A DNA stretch of 64,000 nucleotides, from positions 64,213 through 128,212 of the forward strand of contig JBAWFD010000048.1 in the NCBI GenBank assembly GCA_049591615.1, read 5' to 3'. The position numbers and the translations under genes are program-made. Of the stretch, positions 1-9,150 are shown one piece after another. The number at the start of each line of letters is the position of its first letter. The stretch's first letter is position 1. Under the pieces are notes generated by a model. The model searched no databases, had not been told where the DNA came from, and was given only the letters and a program-made list of their open reading frames with translations. The DNA comes from Gammaproteobacteria bacterium (lineage in GTDB: Bacteria; Pseudomonadota; Gammaproteobacteria; Natronospirales; REEB76).

Positions 1-397
1 CGCCTACACGCTGCGCGCGCGCCTGGCGGCCTACCTCGATAGCGTGCCCCACGGTACGCAACAATTTGGCGAGTGATAAGGGCTTTTCCACAAAATCCAG
101 TGCGCCGAGCTTGGTGGCCTCGATGGCAGTCTCGACCGTCCCGTGGCCAGACATCATCACTACCGGAAACGACAGCGGGGTCTCGCGACTCCATTCCTTG
201 AGCAGACTGATGCCATCGGTGTCGGGCATCCAGATGTCCAGCAGCACCAGATCCAGATCATGCTGGGCACGAGCGGCGCGCGCTTCCGCGGCATTACCGG
301 CCACACGTACTTCATAACCTTCCTCGGTAAGGATCTCCTGGACCATGTCGCGGATATCCGCTTCATCGTCAACTACCAGGATTTGAGAGGCTCTCAT
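1..397 (-). CDS. ntrX: Response regulator, N-terminal receiver domain (NtrX-like); the gene runs off the left edge of the window
   Basis: Not in the ORF track because no stop lies in the window. Hand translation from ATG 397-395 gives MRASQILVVDDEADIRDMVQEILTEEGYEVRVAG...LVLLDIWMPDTDGISLLKEW...VVMMSGHGTVETAIEATKLGALDFVEKP, a CheY-like receiver. GGAGAA RBS at 407-402. Sits 9 nt after the stop of the NtrY-like kinase. Confidence 0.8.
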   Translation of the reverse strand, partial: MRASQILVVDDEADIRDMVQEILTEEGYEVRVAGNAAEARAARAQHDLDLVLLDIWMPDTDGISLLKEWSRETPLSFPVVMMSGHGTVETAIEATKLGALDFVEKPLSLAKLLRTVGHAIEVGRQARAQRVG

Positions 398-406
398 GTT
401 GTTCTC

Positions 407-2614
407 CTAGGTGCCGGCGTGCCGCTGCAGACCGCCGAGCAAGGAACTGGTGCGTCCCGCTTCGGTGACCGGCAGACGGATGATGAGTCGTGCGCCGCCT
501 TGAGTATTGTTGTAGGCACGGATACTGCCGCCGTGTTCCTCGGCAAGCTTCTTGACGATCGCCAAGCCCAGGCCAGTGCCCTTAGGCTTACTGGTCACAT
601 AGGGCTCGAAAACCTTACCAAGAATGTCGGTGCTGAAGCCGGGTCCGTTATCTTCCACCACGATCTCCGCGGTCTCTTCATCGCCGCGATGATAATAATG
701 TGTAGTGATCTTCACCCAGCCATCGGCGCTGCCTTCGAGCGCTTCCTGAGCGTTCTTGAGCAGATTGTGCAGCATCTGGCGCATGCGGCCGGCGTCTGCG
801 TACACCAGCGGCAGAGCCTCGTCCAGTTTGAGTTGGATAACCATACCTGCTTCTCGTACTCGATAGAGCTCCACCACTTCGCCAATCAGTGCATTCAGAT
901 CCAGTGGGGTGAATTCCAAAGCTGGAGTGCGCGCGTATTCACTGAAAGCGTTGACCATGGACTTCATGGCCTCTACCTGCTGCACGATCGTATGTGTAGC
1001 GCGATCCAACACATCCTCATCCTCGCCCTTGAGCTTGCCTAAGTATTTCCGGCGCATGCGTTCTGCTGCTAGGCGTATAGGCGTGAGTGGATTCTTGATC
1101 TCATGCGCCAGGCGCCGGGCCACCTCACCCCAGGCTGCATCGCGTTGTGCCTCGATAAGCACGGTCAGGTCGTCGAATACGATGACGTGGCCCGGGGGCG
1201 CCTCACCGCTGCCCGGCAAAGTGGTGCAGCTCACCATCAGCATGCGCCGCCCACTGCTACCGTGTAGCAGCATTTCTTCGCGCCATTCGGTCTCATCGGC
1301 TTCAAGATGCGTACGGCAAGCGCTCACGAACTGGCCAAACAGGGAGCTATCGCCGCTCAAGGGCGTCAGGGATTTATTCAGATGCTGCAGCAGTTCTACA
1401 CCGAGAATGGCGCTAGCAGCGGGATTGGCGGTCTTGAGCGACAGATTCGCATCAACAGAGATCACGCCAGAGGACAGACGGGTCAATACCGCCCCCAGGT
1501 AACTGCGCTCGTTCTCAACTTGGGTGCGGCTGCGGCGTGCGGCTTCCTGTGCCAGGGACAACCGTTGAGTCATCTCATTGAATGATGATACCAGATAGCC
1601 GACCTCGTCGCGTGAGGGTAGCGGTAAACGGGTGCTGAAATCACCGCGCGCTACGTTACGCGTGCCCTCGACCAGATTCTGAATGGGCTCCACCAGCTTG
1701 CGGGCCGCCACGAACGCGACCCATACGGCCATCAGAACCGACAACAACAATACCAGCGACAGGGTCAGCATGAAACTATACTTGAGTGGCTGACGCAGCA
1801 CCGTGAGTTCACGGTAATTGGAATACGCGGCCTGCACACGGTTGGCGAGATCGCTTTGCTGATCAGCCACCGGATAAATCGCCTGCAGCACTTCCGGTCG
1901 CCACCATTGCCCCCCGACGATTACTGGCACCAGCGCACGGATATGCAGACCGTTATCACCTGCGGGATCCAATCCTATATAGACATGTCCGCTGCGCGCC
2001 CGCATCAGCATTACCTGCCCTGGTAAATCCGGAATCAGTTGTGCCGGCAAATCGGAACTGGTTGAGATGATATGCCCATCCTCGCCACTCAGCAGGGTAA
2101 GTTCGGCGGCACCGTTCTGCTGCCGCAGCATATTCATCTCCAATGTGACATCGCTAGGCCTGATAATCGCCAGCGTATTGCCTATTTGTTGGGTACGTGT
2201 GAGCAGTTCCCGGACACGTAGTTGCAAAGCGGTACGCGATAATTCGATGGCATCACCCAAGGCCCGCTCCACGCGCACGTCAAACCAGGAATCGATACCG
2301 CGACTGATGAATTGCACGGAAAAATAATACACCAGCACCACCGGCACGATGGCCAGCGCCACGAACATCACCACCAGTCGCGTCGTCAGCCGGGAACCGG
2401 TGACGTTGCGCCGGTATTGCAACACCAGCCGTACCAGGTTGAAGCCGATGATCACCAGCAATACCCCGACGGCGATGGCGTTGAGTATCAGCAAGCCATC
2501 GTGGAGACGGTCGAAATCCATCGAATTCTGCGTGCTCTTGCTCAACAGAATGAGCGATACCAGCATGACCACCATGCCGGCGGCAATCACCAACGGCATT
2601 AAATAGCGTTTCAT
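407..2614 (-). CDS. ntrY: NtrY-type sensor histidine kinase (TM-HAMP-PAS-HisKA-HATPase)
   Basis: The ORF is open to 2668. The likely start is MKRYLMPLV at 2614, forming an ATGA overlap with the DUF4390 stop. N-terminal TM helices, H-box HEIKNPLTPI, ATPase motifs EDNGPGF and GTGLGLAIVKK. Followed by an NtrX-like regulator. Confidence 0.85.
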   Translation of the reverse strand: MKRYLMPLVIAAGMVVMLVSLILLSKSTQNSMDFDRLHDGLLILNAIAVGVLLVIIGFNLVRLVLQYRRNVTGSRLTTRLVVMFVALAIVPVVLVYYFSVQFISRGIDSWFDVRVERALGDAIELSRTALQLRVRELLTRTQQIGNTLAIIRPSDVTLEMNMLRQQNGAAELTLLSGEDGHIISTSSDLPAQLIPDLPGQVMLMRARSGHVYIGLDPAGDNGLHIRALVPVIVGGQWWRPEVLQAIYPVADQQSDLANRVQAAYSNYRELTVLRQPLKYSFMLTLSLVLLLSVLMAVWVAFVAARKLVEPIQNLVEGTRNVARGDFSTRLPLPSRDEVGYLVSSFNEMTQRLSLAQEAARRSRTQVENERSYLGAVLTRLSSGVISVDANLSLKTANPAASAILGVELLQHLNKSLTPLSGDSSLFGQFVSACRTHLEADETEWREEMLLHGSSGRRMLMVSCTTLPGSGEAPPGHVIVFDDLTVLIEAQRDAAWGEVARRLAHEIKNPLTPIRLAAERMRRKYLGKLKGEDEDVLDRATHTIVQQVEAMKSMVNAFSEYARTPALEFTPLDLNALIGEVVELYRVREAGMVIQLKLDEALPLVYADAGRMRQMLHNLLKNAQEALEGSADGWVKITTHYYHRGDEETAEIVVEDNGPGFSTDILGKVFEPYVTSKPKGTGLGLAIVKKLAEEHGGSIRAYNNTQGGARLIIRLPVTEAGRTSSLLGGLQRHAGT

Positions 2615-3213
2615 GAAGCCAATACCCAAGCATACCAATCGCTGGTCAGGTCCCAGCCCCTGAACCATGAAGCGATGAGTTTCAAAGGACCTGGGAAATC
2701 GGTGATATCGAGTACCGCGCGCATGCGGATCGTGTAGCGTGTATGCGCTTCCAGTAAGCTCGCGTCGATTACCGGCAGGTCATTGACCTGGCCGAGATTG
2801 GTAATGGCGTCTCGGTAACTGATGAAAGTCTGCTGCTCGCCGCTGTTAAGATTTTTGATGATGAACCGCCGGGTTAGCGGATGATAACTGATCTGAAAGC
2901 GCTCGGTGAGTGTCGCCACGGTCTTATTCCACATGAAGCTGCGGTGCTTGATCACTTCAATCTGCCATTCCACCGTCAACGGCACGCCGTTTTCGAGCGC
3001 GTTAAGGGCGTCCTGGCTCATATCCAGATCGACGTCGGCATTCAGGTAATAGACGCCGTTCAAGAGCTCCGTATAAGCGGTACGGATAACGAATCCACCC
3101 TGGTCGTCATCCGCACGCGCCGTTGCCGCTAGATTTCCTGCAAACAGAATGCAAATCATCACCGCGGTCGCGGAGCGACGCAGGGCAAAAGTAAAGCTGG
3201 TTGCGTACATCAT
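2611..3213 (-). CDS. DUF4390-like secreted protein of unknown function
   Basis: 200 aa with a signal-like N-terminus (ICILFAGNLAATARA). From memory the sequence resembles the DUF4390 family that sits between rsmB and ntrY in beta/gamma-proteobacteria. Its stop overlaps the ntrY start (ATGA at 2611-2614). Confidence 0.7.
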   Translation of the reverse strand: MMYATSFTFALRRSATAVMICILFAGNLAATARADDDQGGFVIRTAYTELLNGVYYLNADVDLDMSQDALNALENGVPLTVEWQIEVIKHRSFMWNKTVATLTERFQISYHPLTRRFIIKNLNSGEQQTFISYRDAITNLGQVNDLPVIDASLLEAHTRYTIRMRAVLDITDFPGPLKLIASWFRGWDLTSDWYAWVLAS

Positions 3214-3225
3214 GCGTCAAATTTT

Positions 3226-4548
3226 TCAATCAGTCTTTTGGATGCAAGCATAGAAGAATCCATCCATGCCGTCCTGACCGGTGAGTATTTGCCGGCCTGG
3301 AAATGCGCTCACACCCCAGCTGGTATCGAACTCCAGCAGTTTCGCATTTACCTGTGCCGCCAGGAATGCCTGTATCTGATCAGCATTTTCCATGTGGAAT
3401 ACCGAACAGGCCACATACAGCAGCTTACCGCCGCTAGCCAGCAGCGGCCAGAGCGCCGCCAGTAATCGCGCCTGCAGCGCCACTGCAGCGCCGATATCTC
3501 GCGGGCTGCGGCGCGCTTTTATATCGGGGTGACGACGGATCACGCCACTGGCACTGCAGGGCGCATCCAGCAGGATGCGCTGGAAGGGTTGGCGATCCCA
3601 CCAGTCGTCGGGATGTAGTGAATCCGCTGTAATGACCTTGGCTGACAAGCCCAGGCGTCCCAGATTCTCATGAATTTTATCTGTCCGTTCCGCATCAATG
3701 TCCACAGCGACTACTTCGGCAGCATCAGGGTAGTGTTCCAGCAAATGACAGGTCTTGCCGCCGGGAGCCGCACAGGCATCCAGCGCCCGCATGCCGGGCC
3801 GCACGTCCAGCAATTCTGCCGCTAACTGTGCTGCCTCATCCTGCACTGAGAATTTTCCGCTGGCAAAACCTGGCAGTACTTCCACACGCAGTGGTGTAGC
3901 CAGTATTAACCCGTCCGCGGAAAATTTACAGGGTCGCGCTGTGATACCGGCCGCAGCAAATTCTTCCAGCAAGGTATCGCGCGTTGTCAAACGGCAGTTG
4001 GCGCGTAGTGTGAGTGGTGGCCGTTGGTTGTCAGCGATGAGGACTGCTTGCCAATCCTTTGGCCAGTCTGCTTGCATCTGATCAATGAACCACTGTGGAT
4101 GAGCATAAGAGGCTTCCGGATTACTGAGCAAATCGGATTGGAAACCCGACAGCTCACGTAAAAAACGTCGTAGCACGGCATTCACGAGCTTTACTGCCCA
4201 GTGCTTGTGCAGAGTGCGGCAGGCTTCGGCAGTTTCATTCAAAACCGCATGTGCGGGTATGCGCATCTCCGTGAGCTGATAAAGCCCCATCAACAACAAC
4301 ACATGGATGTCGAAATCGCGTTGCTTGAGCGGCTGCTGGAGCAAGCGCGACAGCCAGAATTCCAGCCGCGGTTGGAAACGCAAGCTGCCATAACACAGTT
4401 CCTGTATAAGCGCTGCATCACGTCCGGCGCGGGTGTCGGGATCAAGCTGACGCAAGGCTTTATTGAGATAGGTACCGTCACGCAGCACGGCCACCAGTAC
4501 ATTAGCTGCGAGCGCGCGTACCGATGTCTCCGTCATCAGATAAAACAT
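3226..4548 (-). CDS. rsmB: 16S rRNA (cytosine967-C5)-methyltransferase RsmB/Sun
   Basis: 440 aa. NusB-like N-terminal half, AdoMet-MTase half with DACAAPGGKT and LLDAPCSASGVIRRHPD motifs. Immediately downstream of fmt. An alternative start MTETS at 4536 gives a TGATG overlap with the fmt stop. Confidence 0.9.
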   Translation of the reverse strand: MFYLMTETSVRALAANVLVAVLRDGTYLNKALRQLDPDTRAGRDAALIQELCYGSLRFQPRLEFWLSRLLQQPLKQRDFDIHVLLLMGLYQLTEMRIPAHAVLNETAEACRTLHKHWAVKLVNAVLRRFLRELSGFQSDLLSNPEASYAHPQWFIDQMQADWPKDWQAVLIADNQRPPLTLRANCRLTTRDTLLEEFAAAGITARPCKFSADGLILATPLRVEVLPGFASGKFSVQDEAAQLAAELLDVRPGMRALDACAAPGGKTCHLLEHYPDAAEVVAVDIDAERTDKIHENLGRLGLSAKVITADSLHPDDWWDRQPFQRILLDAPCSASGVIRRHPDIKARRSPRDIGAAVALQARLLAALWPLLASGGKLLYVACSVFHMENADQIQAFLAAQVNAKLLEFDTSWGVSAFPGRQILTGQDGMDGFFYACIQKTD

Positions 4549-5468
4549 TCGCCCACGAGCGCGCGGCCGCGGGCGAAATCAGCTGCCGCGATCCGGCGGC
4601 GGCCTGCTGCTTGCAGTTCCTGGATGCGTAACACGCCATTTCCAGTGGCCATATCGATGCCTGCAGTTCCTGTATCGATGACCGTGCCAGGTTTATCGGC
4701 TGTTGCAGAAGAAATTGCCTGCGCAGTCCAAATGCGCAACCATTCACCACACCATTGGGTATGCGCCACCGGCCACGGGTTATAGGCGCGCACCTCGACT
4801 GCGATTTCCGTGGCCGGCGAGTTCCAATCTATACGTGCTTCCGCACGCAAGAGTTTAGCTGCATAGGTCGCTACTGATTCATCCTGGGGCAGACGTTTAA
4901 CATCCGGCAGCGCCGCCAGCAGCTCAACGATGGCCGTGGCGCCGAGATTCGCCAGTCTGTCATGCAAGCTTCGAGCGGTATCGTCATTGCGTATGGCAGT
5001 CTTGCGTATACCCAGGATGTCGCCGGTATCCAGACCCTGGTTCATCTGCATGAGTGTGATTCCGGTGTCTGCGTCACCGGCCAACAGCGCGCGTTGTATG
5101 GGAGCCGCCCCGCGCCAGCGCGGTAACAATGAGGCATGGATATTGATGCAGCCATAGTGCGGAATTCCGAGCACTGCAGCAGGCAATAACAAGCCATAGG
5201 CCGCCACCACCATGACATCCGGCGTCAGAGTTTTGAGTTGCAGATGCGTGGCTGTAGTCTTGAGCGTCACTGGCTGATATACCGGAAGGGAGTGTGCTAG
5301 CGCATACTGCTTTAAGGGTGAAGCTGTGAGTTTGCGGCCACGTCCCGCGGGCCTGTCCGGCTGGGTCCATACCCCGACGATTTCATGGTCTGCTGCCAAC
5401 AATGCGTCCAGGGCCGGCAAGGCAAATTCTGGTGTGCCTGCAAACGCGACGCGCCGCCGCACGCTCAT
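4536..5468 (-). CDS. fmt: Methionyl-tRNA formyltransferase
   Basis: 310 aa. FAGTPEFALPAL N-terminus and the HASLLPRWRGAAPIQRA formyltransferase signature. Classical def-fmt order. Confidence 0.95.
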   Translation of the reverse strand: MSVRRRVAFAGTPEFALPALDALLAADHEIVGVWTQPDRPAGRGRKLTASPLKQYALAHSLPVYQPVTLKTTATHLQLKTLTPDVMVVAAYGLLLPAAVLGIPHYGCINIHASLLPRWRGAAPIQRALLAGDADTGITLMQMNQGLDTGDILGIRKTAIRNDDTARSLHDRLANLGATAIVELLAALPDVKRLPQDESVATYAAKLLRAEARIDWNSPATEIAVEVRAYNPWPVAHTQWCGEWLRIWTAQAISSATADKPGTVIDTGTAGIDMATGNGVLRIQELQAAGRRRIAAADFARGRALVGECFI

Positions 5469-5511
5469 GCAAAACCTGCATGTGCTGGGTAATTAACTGG
5501 GATGCCGGTAT

Positions 5512-6045
5512 TCAGATTGCCGGCGCGGTGCCGGGCGCGCCCTCGCGGTCATCGCGTTGTTCTTTTTCCAGTTTCCTGCGGATACGCTGGCGCTTGAGTT
5601 CTGACAGGTAATCCACAAACAGTTTGCCATCCAAATGATCGATCTCATGCTGGATACACACTGCTAACAGACCGCCGGCGTCGAATTCCAGCGACTGTCC
5701 ATTGCGGTCGAGGGCTCTTACCCGGATATGTTCGGCGCGCTCCACTTCCTCGAATACGCCCGGCACCGACAAACAGCCTTCCTGCATCTTCTCCTTGCCG
5801 TCGCGGCTAAGGATTTCTGGATTAATGAAGACCTGCGGTGCATCGCCATGCTCGGATACATCCACCACGATGACCCGTTGATCCACACCCACCTGGGTAG
5901 CGGCCAGCCCGATTCCGGGAGCCGCATACATGGTTTCCAGCAGATCGCTCACCAGCTGGCGGATCTCAGCTGACACAGCCGCAACCGGCCGCGCGCGGTT
6001 GCGCAGGCGGGCATCGGGGTAATGCAGGATGGTGATCAAGGCCAT
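5512..6045 (-). CDS. def: Peptide deformylase
   Basis: 177 aa with the three deformylase motifs [16 protein letters not shown] and QHEIDHLDG. Confidence 0.95.
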   Translation of the reverse strand: MALITILHYPDARLRNRARPVAAVSAEIRQLVSDLLETMYAAPGIGLAATQVGVDQRVIVVDVSEHGDAPQVFINPEILSRDGKEKMQEGCLSVPGVFEEVERAEHIRVRALDRNGQSLEFDAGGLLAVCIQHEIDHLDGKLFVDYLSELKRQRIRRKLEKEQRDDREGAPGTAPAI

Positions 6046-6248
6046 ATTGCGATCTCTGTGGGTCGGGTAACCCCCCTGATTTCAAGGGGGGCCGGTTCAA
6101 TCCTCATGCACTTTTGCACAAAATGCTGCTAAAGTTATGATGCTATTAAAAAGTTGCCCGGCAGCTCCGCAATTCAGAAGGCCCGCCACTGCCGCGGGAG
6201 GGCCTGAAAACCGTGGGGATTCGTCAGGCGAGTCGTGGAGATTGACCG

Positions 6249-7424
6249 ATGAAAGATTATAACCCGACCCGCTGCCTAACCGCCCTGTGCCTGGCGGCTC
6301 TGCTGGCAGCCTGTGCAAGTGCACCGAAAAAGCCGCAGCCAGTTCCGGCCGCGCCTCCACCGCCACCGCCCGCACCCCAAGTGCAAACCCAGCCTGCGGC
6401 CCCACCACCGCCGGAAATATTGCCGCAGGCACCCCGGACCTATGTCGTCAAGAAGGGCGACACCCTTTGGGGCATCGCATCCATGTACTTGCAGGATCCC
6501 TGGCGCTGGCCGGATATCTGGTATGCCAATCCGGCCATCAAGAATCCACACCTTATCTATCCAGGCGACCAGTTCTTGCTGGGCTATATCAATGGCCGTC
6601 CAACGATAACGGTGGTGCGTAATGGTCAGGTGGTAAATGAAGCGATAGCGCCTGCTGCAGCCGCGCCCAGCTTGCCGGTGGAGAAACTCGAACCCCAAAT
6701 CCGAACCACGCCTATCAACCAGGCCATCCCCACGATTCCGCTGAATGCCATTCACCAGTTCCTGAGTGGTACTCGAGTGGTTAGCAAGAGTGAGTTGGAG
6801 CACGCCGGATATCTACTGCGCGCCGTTGACGATGCTCCGATAATCGGTTTGGGCGGTAAAGTTTATGGTCGCGGCCTCAAAAAGTCCGACGGCGGCCGCT
6901 ATAACGTCTTCCGGCTGGGCGAAAAATATGTGGATCCGGACAGCGGCGACACCTTGGGATATCAAGCCACTTACATTGGTGATGCCTCTGTCCAGCGCTG
7001 GGGCGATCCGTCAAAACTGATTCTCACGGCGACCGCCCAAGAAGCCATACCAGGTGACCGTTTTCTGCCGGTGGTTGCGCAAGAACTTAACCAGAATTAC
7101 TTACCGCACGCCCCAGCAAAACCGGTCAAGGGCGATATCATCGCGGTCCTGGGCGGCGTTCTGGAAATCGGCCAATTCCAGGTGGTGGTACTGGATCGCG
7201 GCACTGATGCAGGCCTGGATAACGGTACGGTGCTAGGGATCTACTCACGCAGCAAGAAAGTCGATGATCCCTATGCATTCGATGGCCTGAGCGGTTCGGT
7301 GAAATTGCCCGAAGAACGCGAAGGCACACTTTTGGTGTTCCGCACCTACCAAAAGGTCAGTTACGGCCTGGTGATGGTCGCCACTCACGAAATCCATTTG
7401 CTGGATACAGTCAAGAATCCTTAA
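6249..7424 (+). CDS. LysM-domain lipoprotein with Pro-rich linker
   Basis: 391 aa. Lipobox LLAAC at the N-terminus, then a PAAPPPPPPAPQVQTQPAAPPPP linker. LysM motif YVVKKGDTLWGIASMYLQDPWRWPDIW. Conserved position upstream of dprA. Confidence 0.8.
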   Translation: MKDYNPTRCLTALCLAALLAACASAPKKPQPVPAAPPPPPPAPQVQTQPAAPPPPEILPQAPRTYVVKKGDTLWGIASMYLQDPWRWPDIWYANPAIKNPHLIYPGDQFLLGYINGRPTITVVRNGQVVNEAIAPAAAAPSLPVEKLEPQIRTTPINQAIPTIPLNAIHQFLSGTRVVSKSELEHAGYLLRAVDDAPIIGLGGKVYGRGLKKSDGGRYNVFRLGEKYVDPDSGDTLGYQATYIGDASVQRWGDPSKLILTATAQEAIPGDRFLPVVAQELNQNYLPHAPAKPVKGDIIAVLGGVLEIGQFQVVVLDRGTDAGLDNGTVLGIYSRSKKVDDPYAFDGLSGSVKLPEEREGTLLVFRTYQKVSYGLVMVATHEIHLLDTVKNP

Positions 7425-7675
7425 CCCCAAAGAGGGCTTGGGACATAGACGCACAAGAAACGAGCTATTGGCTAGCCCTGGTCCGTGCTCCGGGCCTTGG
7501 TCCCGCTGGCTTCTCCAATCTGCTGGCTCGCTGCGGCTCGCTGACAGGAATCTTCACCACCACTTCCCGTAATCTCTCAGACCTAGCCGAAAACACCCGC
7601 GCTTGGCTCGAAAACCCTGACTGGGCGGCGATAGAAAAAGACCAGCGCTGGCTCGAACAAGCCGGCGCCACCCTC

Positions 7676-8557
7676 TTGGCCTGCACCGATCCAGCTTATC
7701 CGCCCCTGCTCAGACAGATCGCGGACCCGCCCATGGTGTTGTTCCTGCGCGGAGACGTGAATCTGCTCAACCAGCCGCAGCTGGCCATGGTCGGCAGCCG
7801 CAACCCCAGCACCGAAGGCAAGCGCAACGCCGAGGAATTTGCCGCGTATTTGTCGGGCTGTGGCCTCGGTATTGTCAGCGGAATGGCCATGGGTATCGAT
7901 GCCGCCTGCCACCGGGGCGCGCTCAAGGGCGACGGTACGACTATCGCTGTCTGGGGCACGGGCCTCGATAAACCGTATCCTCCAAGCCATCGGGAGCTGG
8001 CGGAGGAAATCGCACAACGGGGATTATTGGTCTCAGAATTTTTACCAGGCACGCCGCCGCTGCCACACAATTTTCCACGCCGTAACCGCATCATCAGCGG
8101 CCTGGCCGTAGGCACGCTGGTGGTGGAAGCGGCACACACCAGCGGTTCGCTGATCACCGCACGTCTCGCCAGTGAACAGGGCCGCGAAGTTTTCGCCATC
8201 CCCGGCTCCATACACAATCCACTGGCACGCGGTTGTCACCGTCTGATCCGCGAAGGTGCCAAGCTGGTGGAATCTGCTGGCGACATTCTCGAAGAACTGG
8301 CGCCATTATTGAAACTCGAGCCTGCAAACGTGGTCCATGCATTGCCCATGTCCGCAGACGCTGCAGACGATCCCGAGTATCGGCTGCTCTTGAATTCCAT
8401 GGATCACGCACCCACTTCAGTCGACTCACTGGTGGAGCGCACTGGATTGACGCCCGACGTGGTTTCCTCCATGCTGCTGATGCTCGAACTTCAGGGCCAG
8501 GTGGAAGCGACGCCGGGCGGACATTATTCCCGGGTAACAAAGAGGCCGACCTCATGA
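7676..8557 (+). CDS. dprA: DNA-processing protein DprA/Smf (coordinates from the first canonical start; in-frame homology continues upstream to about 7445)
   Basis: Rossmann-fold DprA core (LAMVGSRNPS, GMAMGIDAACHRGAL, VVEAAHTSGSLITA) and a C-terminal winged-helix-like tail. The TTG at 7676 is the first ATG/GTG/TTG in this frame after the stop at 7265-7267. See the dprA finding. Confidence 0.85.
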   Translation: MACTDPAYPPLLRQIADPPMVLFLRGDVNLLNQPQLAMVGSRNPSTEGKRNAEEFAAYLSGCGLGIVSGMAMGIDAACHRGALKGDGTTIAVWGTGLDKPYPPSHRELAEEIAQRGLLVSEFLPGTPPLPHNFPRRNRIISGLAVGTLVVEAAHTSGSLITARLASEQGREVFAIPGSIHNPLARGCHRLIREGAKLVESAGDILEELAPLLKLEPANVVHALPMSADAADDPEYRLLLNSMDHAPTSVDSLVERTGLTPDVVSSMLLMLELQGQVEATPGGHYSRVTKRPTS

Positions 8558-9036
8558 TGAAAGAGAACGTGCTCGACGTGCTCATGTACCTGTTCGAAAA
8601 CTATCTGGATGATGATGAGGAAGAAGCCGAAACCGATCGCGAATCCCTGACGGTGGAGCTGGAAGAAGCCGGCTTTCCCAAAGCGGAGATCAACAAAGCC
8701 TTCGACTGGCTGGAAAATCTGGCGACCAACCCGCCGGTATCTGAACCGACACTTGCCCGTCACGACGGGTTCCGGGTATATGCTGAACAGGAATTTACGC
8801 GCCTTACCACTGAGTGCCGCGGTTTCATTCAATATCTGGAAAACATCGGCATACTGGAAGCCGCGCAGCGTGAAGTAGTCATCGACCGCATCATGGCGTT
8901 AGAGAGCAACGAGATCGATCTCGAACAGGTGAAATGGATCATCCTCATGGTACTGTTCAACCATCCGGGCCAGGAAGATGCCTATTCGCGCATGGAAGAT
9001 CTGGTATTCGATGACGCATTCGGCATGATGCACTGA
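8554..9036 (+). CDS. smg: Smg protein (DUF494)
   Basis: MMKENVLDVLMYLFENYLDDDEE...FDWLENL is typical of Smg. The start ATG 8554 overlaps the dprA stop (8555-8557). Conserved dprA-smg-topA order. The tracked ORF from 8233 is an out-of-gene extension. Confidence 0.85.
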   Translation: MMKENVLDVLMYLFENYLDDDEEEAETDRESLTVELEEAGFPKAEINKAFDWLENLATNPPVSEPTLARHDGFRVYAEQEFTRLTTECRGFIQYLENIGILEAAQREVVIDRIMALESNEIDLEQVKWIILMVLFNHPGQEDAYSRMEDLVFDDAFGMMH

Positions 9037-9058
9037 GCGCCACTGAACAGTCACAGCA

Positions 9059-9079
9059 GGCCGGCGCGGCCATGTTTTG
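9059..9079 (+). terminator. Weak candidate intrinsic terminator after smg
   Basis: GGCCG-GCG-CGGCC (5-bp GC stem, 3-nt loop) followed by ATGTTTTG, 23 nt after the smg stop. Confidence 0.3.
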
Positions 9080-9150
9080 CCGCCGCCGATGGTCGCAAAA
9101 GTCCCCCGGACTTGCCGCCGCGATACAGTTTGTAGTATTGCTGTATATAT

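Noticed and set aside
6071-6107. tRNA-like fragment: a C6/G6 hairpin (CCCCCCTGATTTCAAGGGGGG) followed by the T-loop-like GGTTCAATCC, in the def/LysM divergent spacer.
   Set aside because: No complementary T-stem (GCCGG versus CTCAT) and no acceptor or D arms. The 7-nt loop lacks U33 on either strand. It is most likely just a 5'-UTR or promoter-region hairpin.
8233-8553. 5' extension of the smg ORF overlapping the dprA 3' end.
   Set aside because: The Smg family sequence starts at MMKENV (8554), coupled to the dprA stop. The upstream part is out-of-frame dprA sequence.
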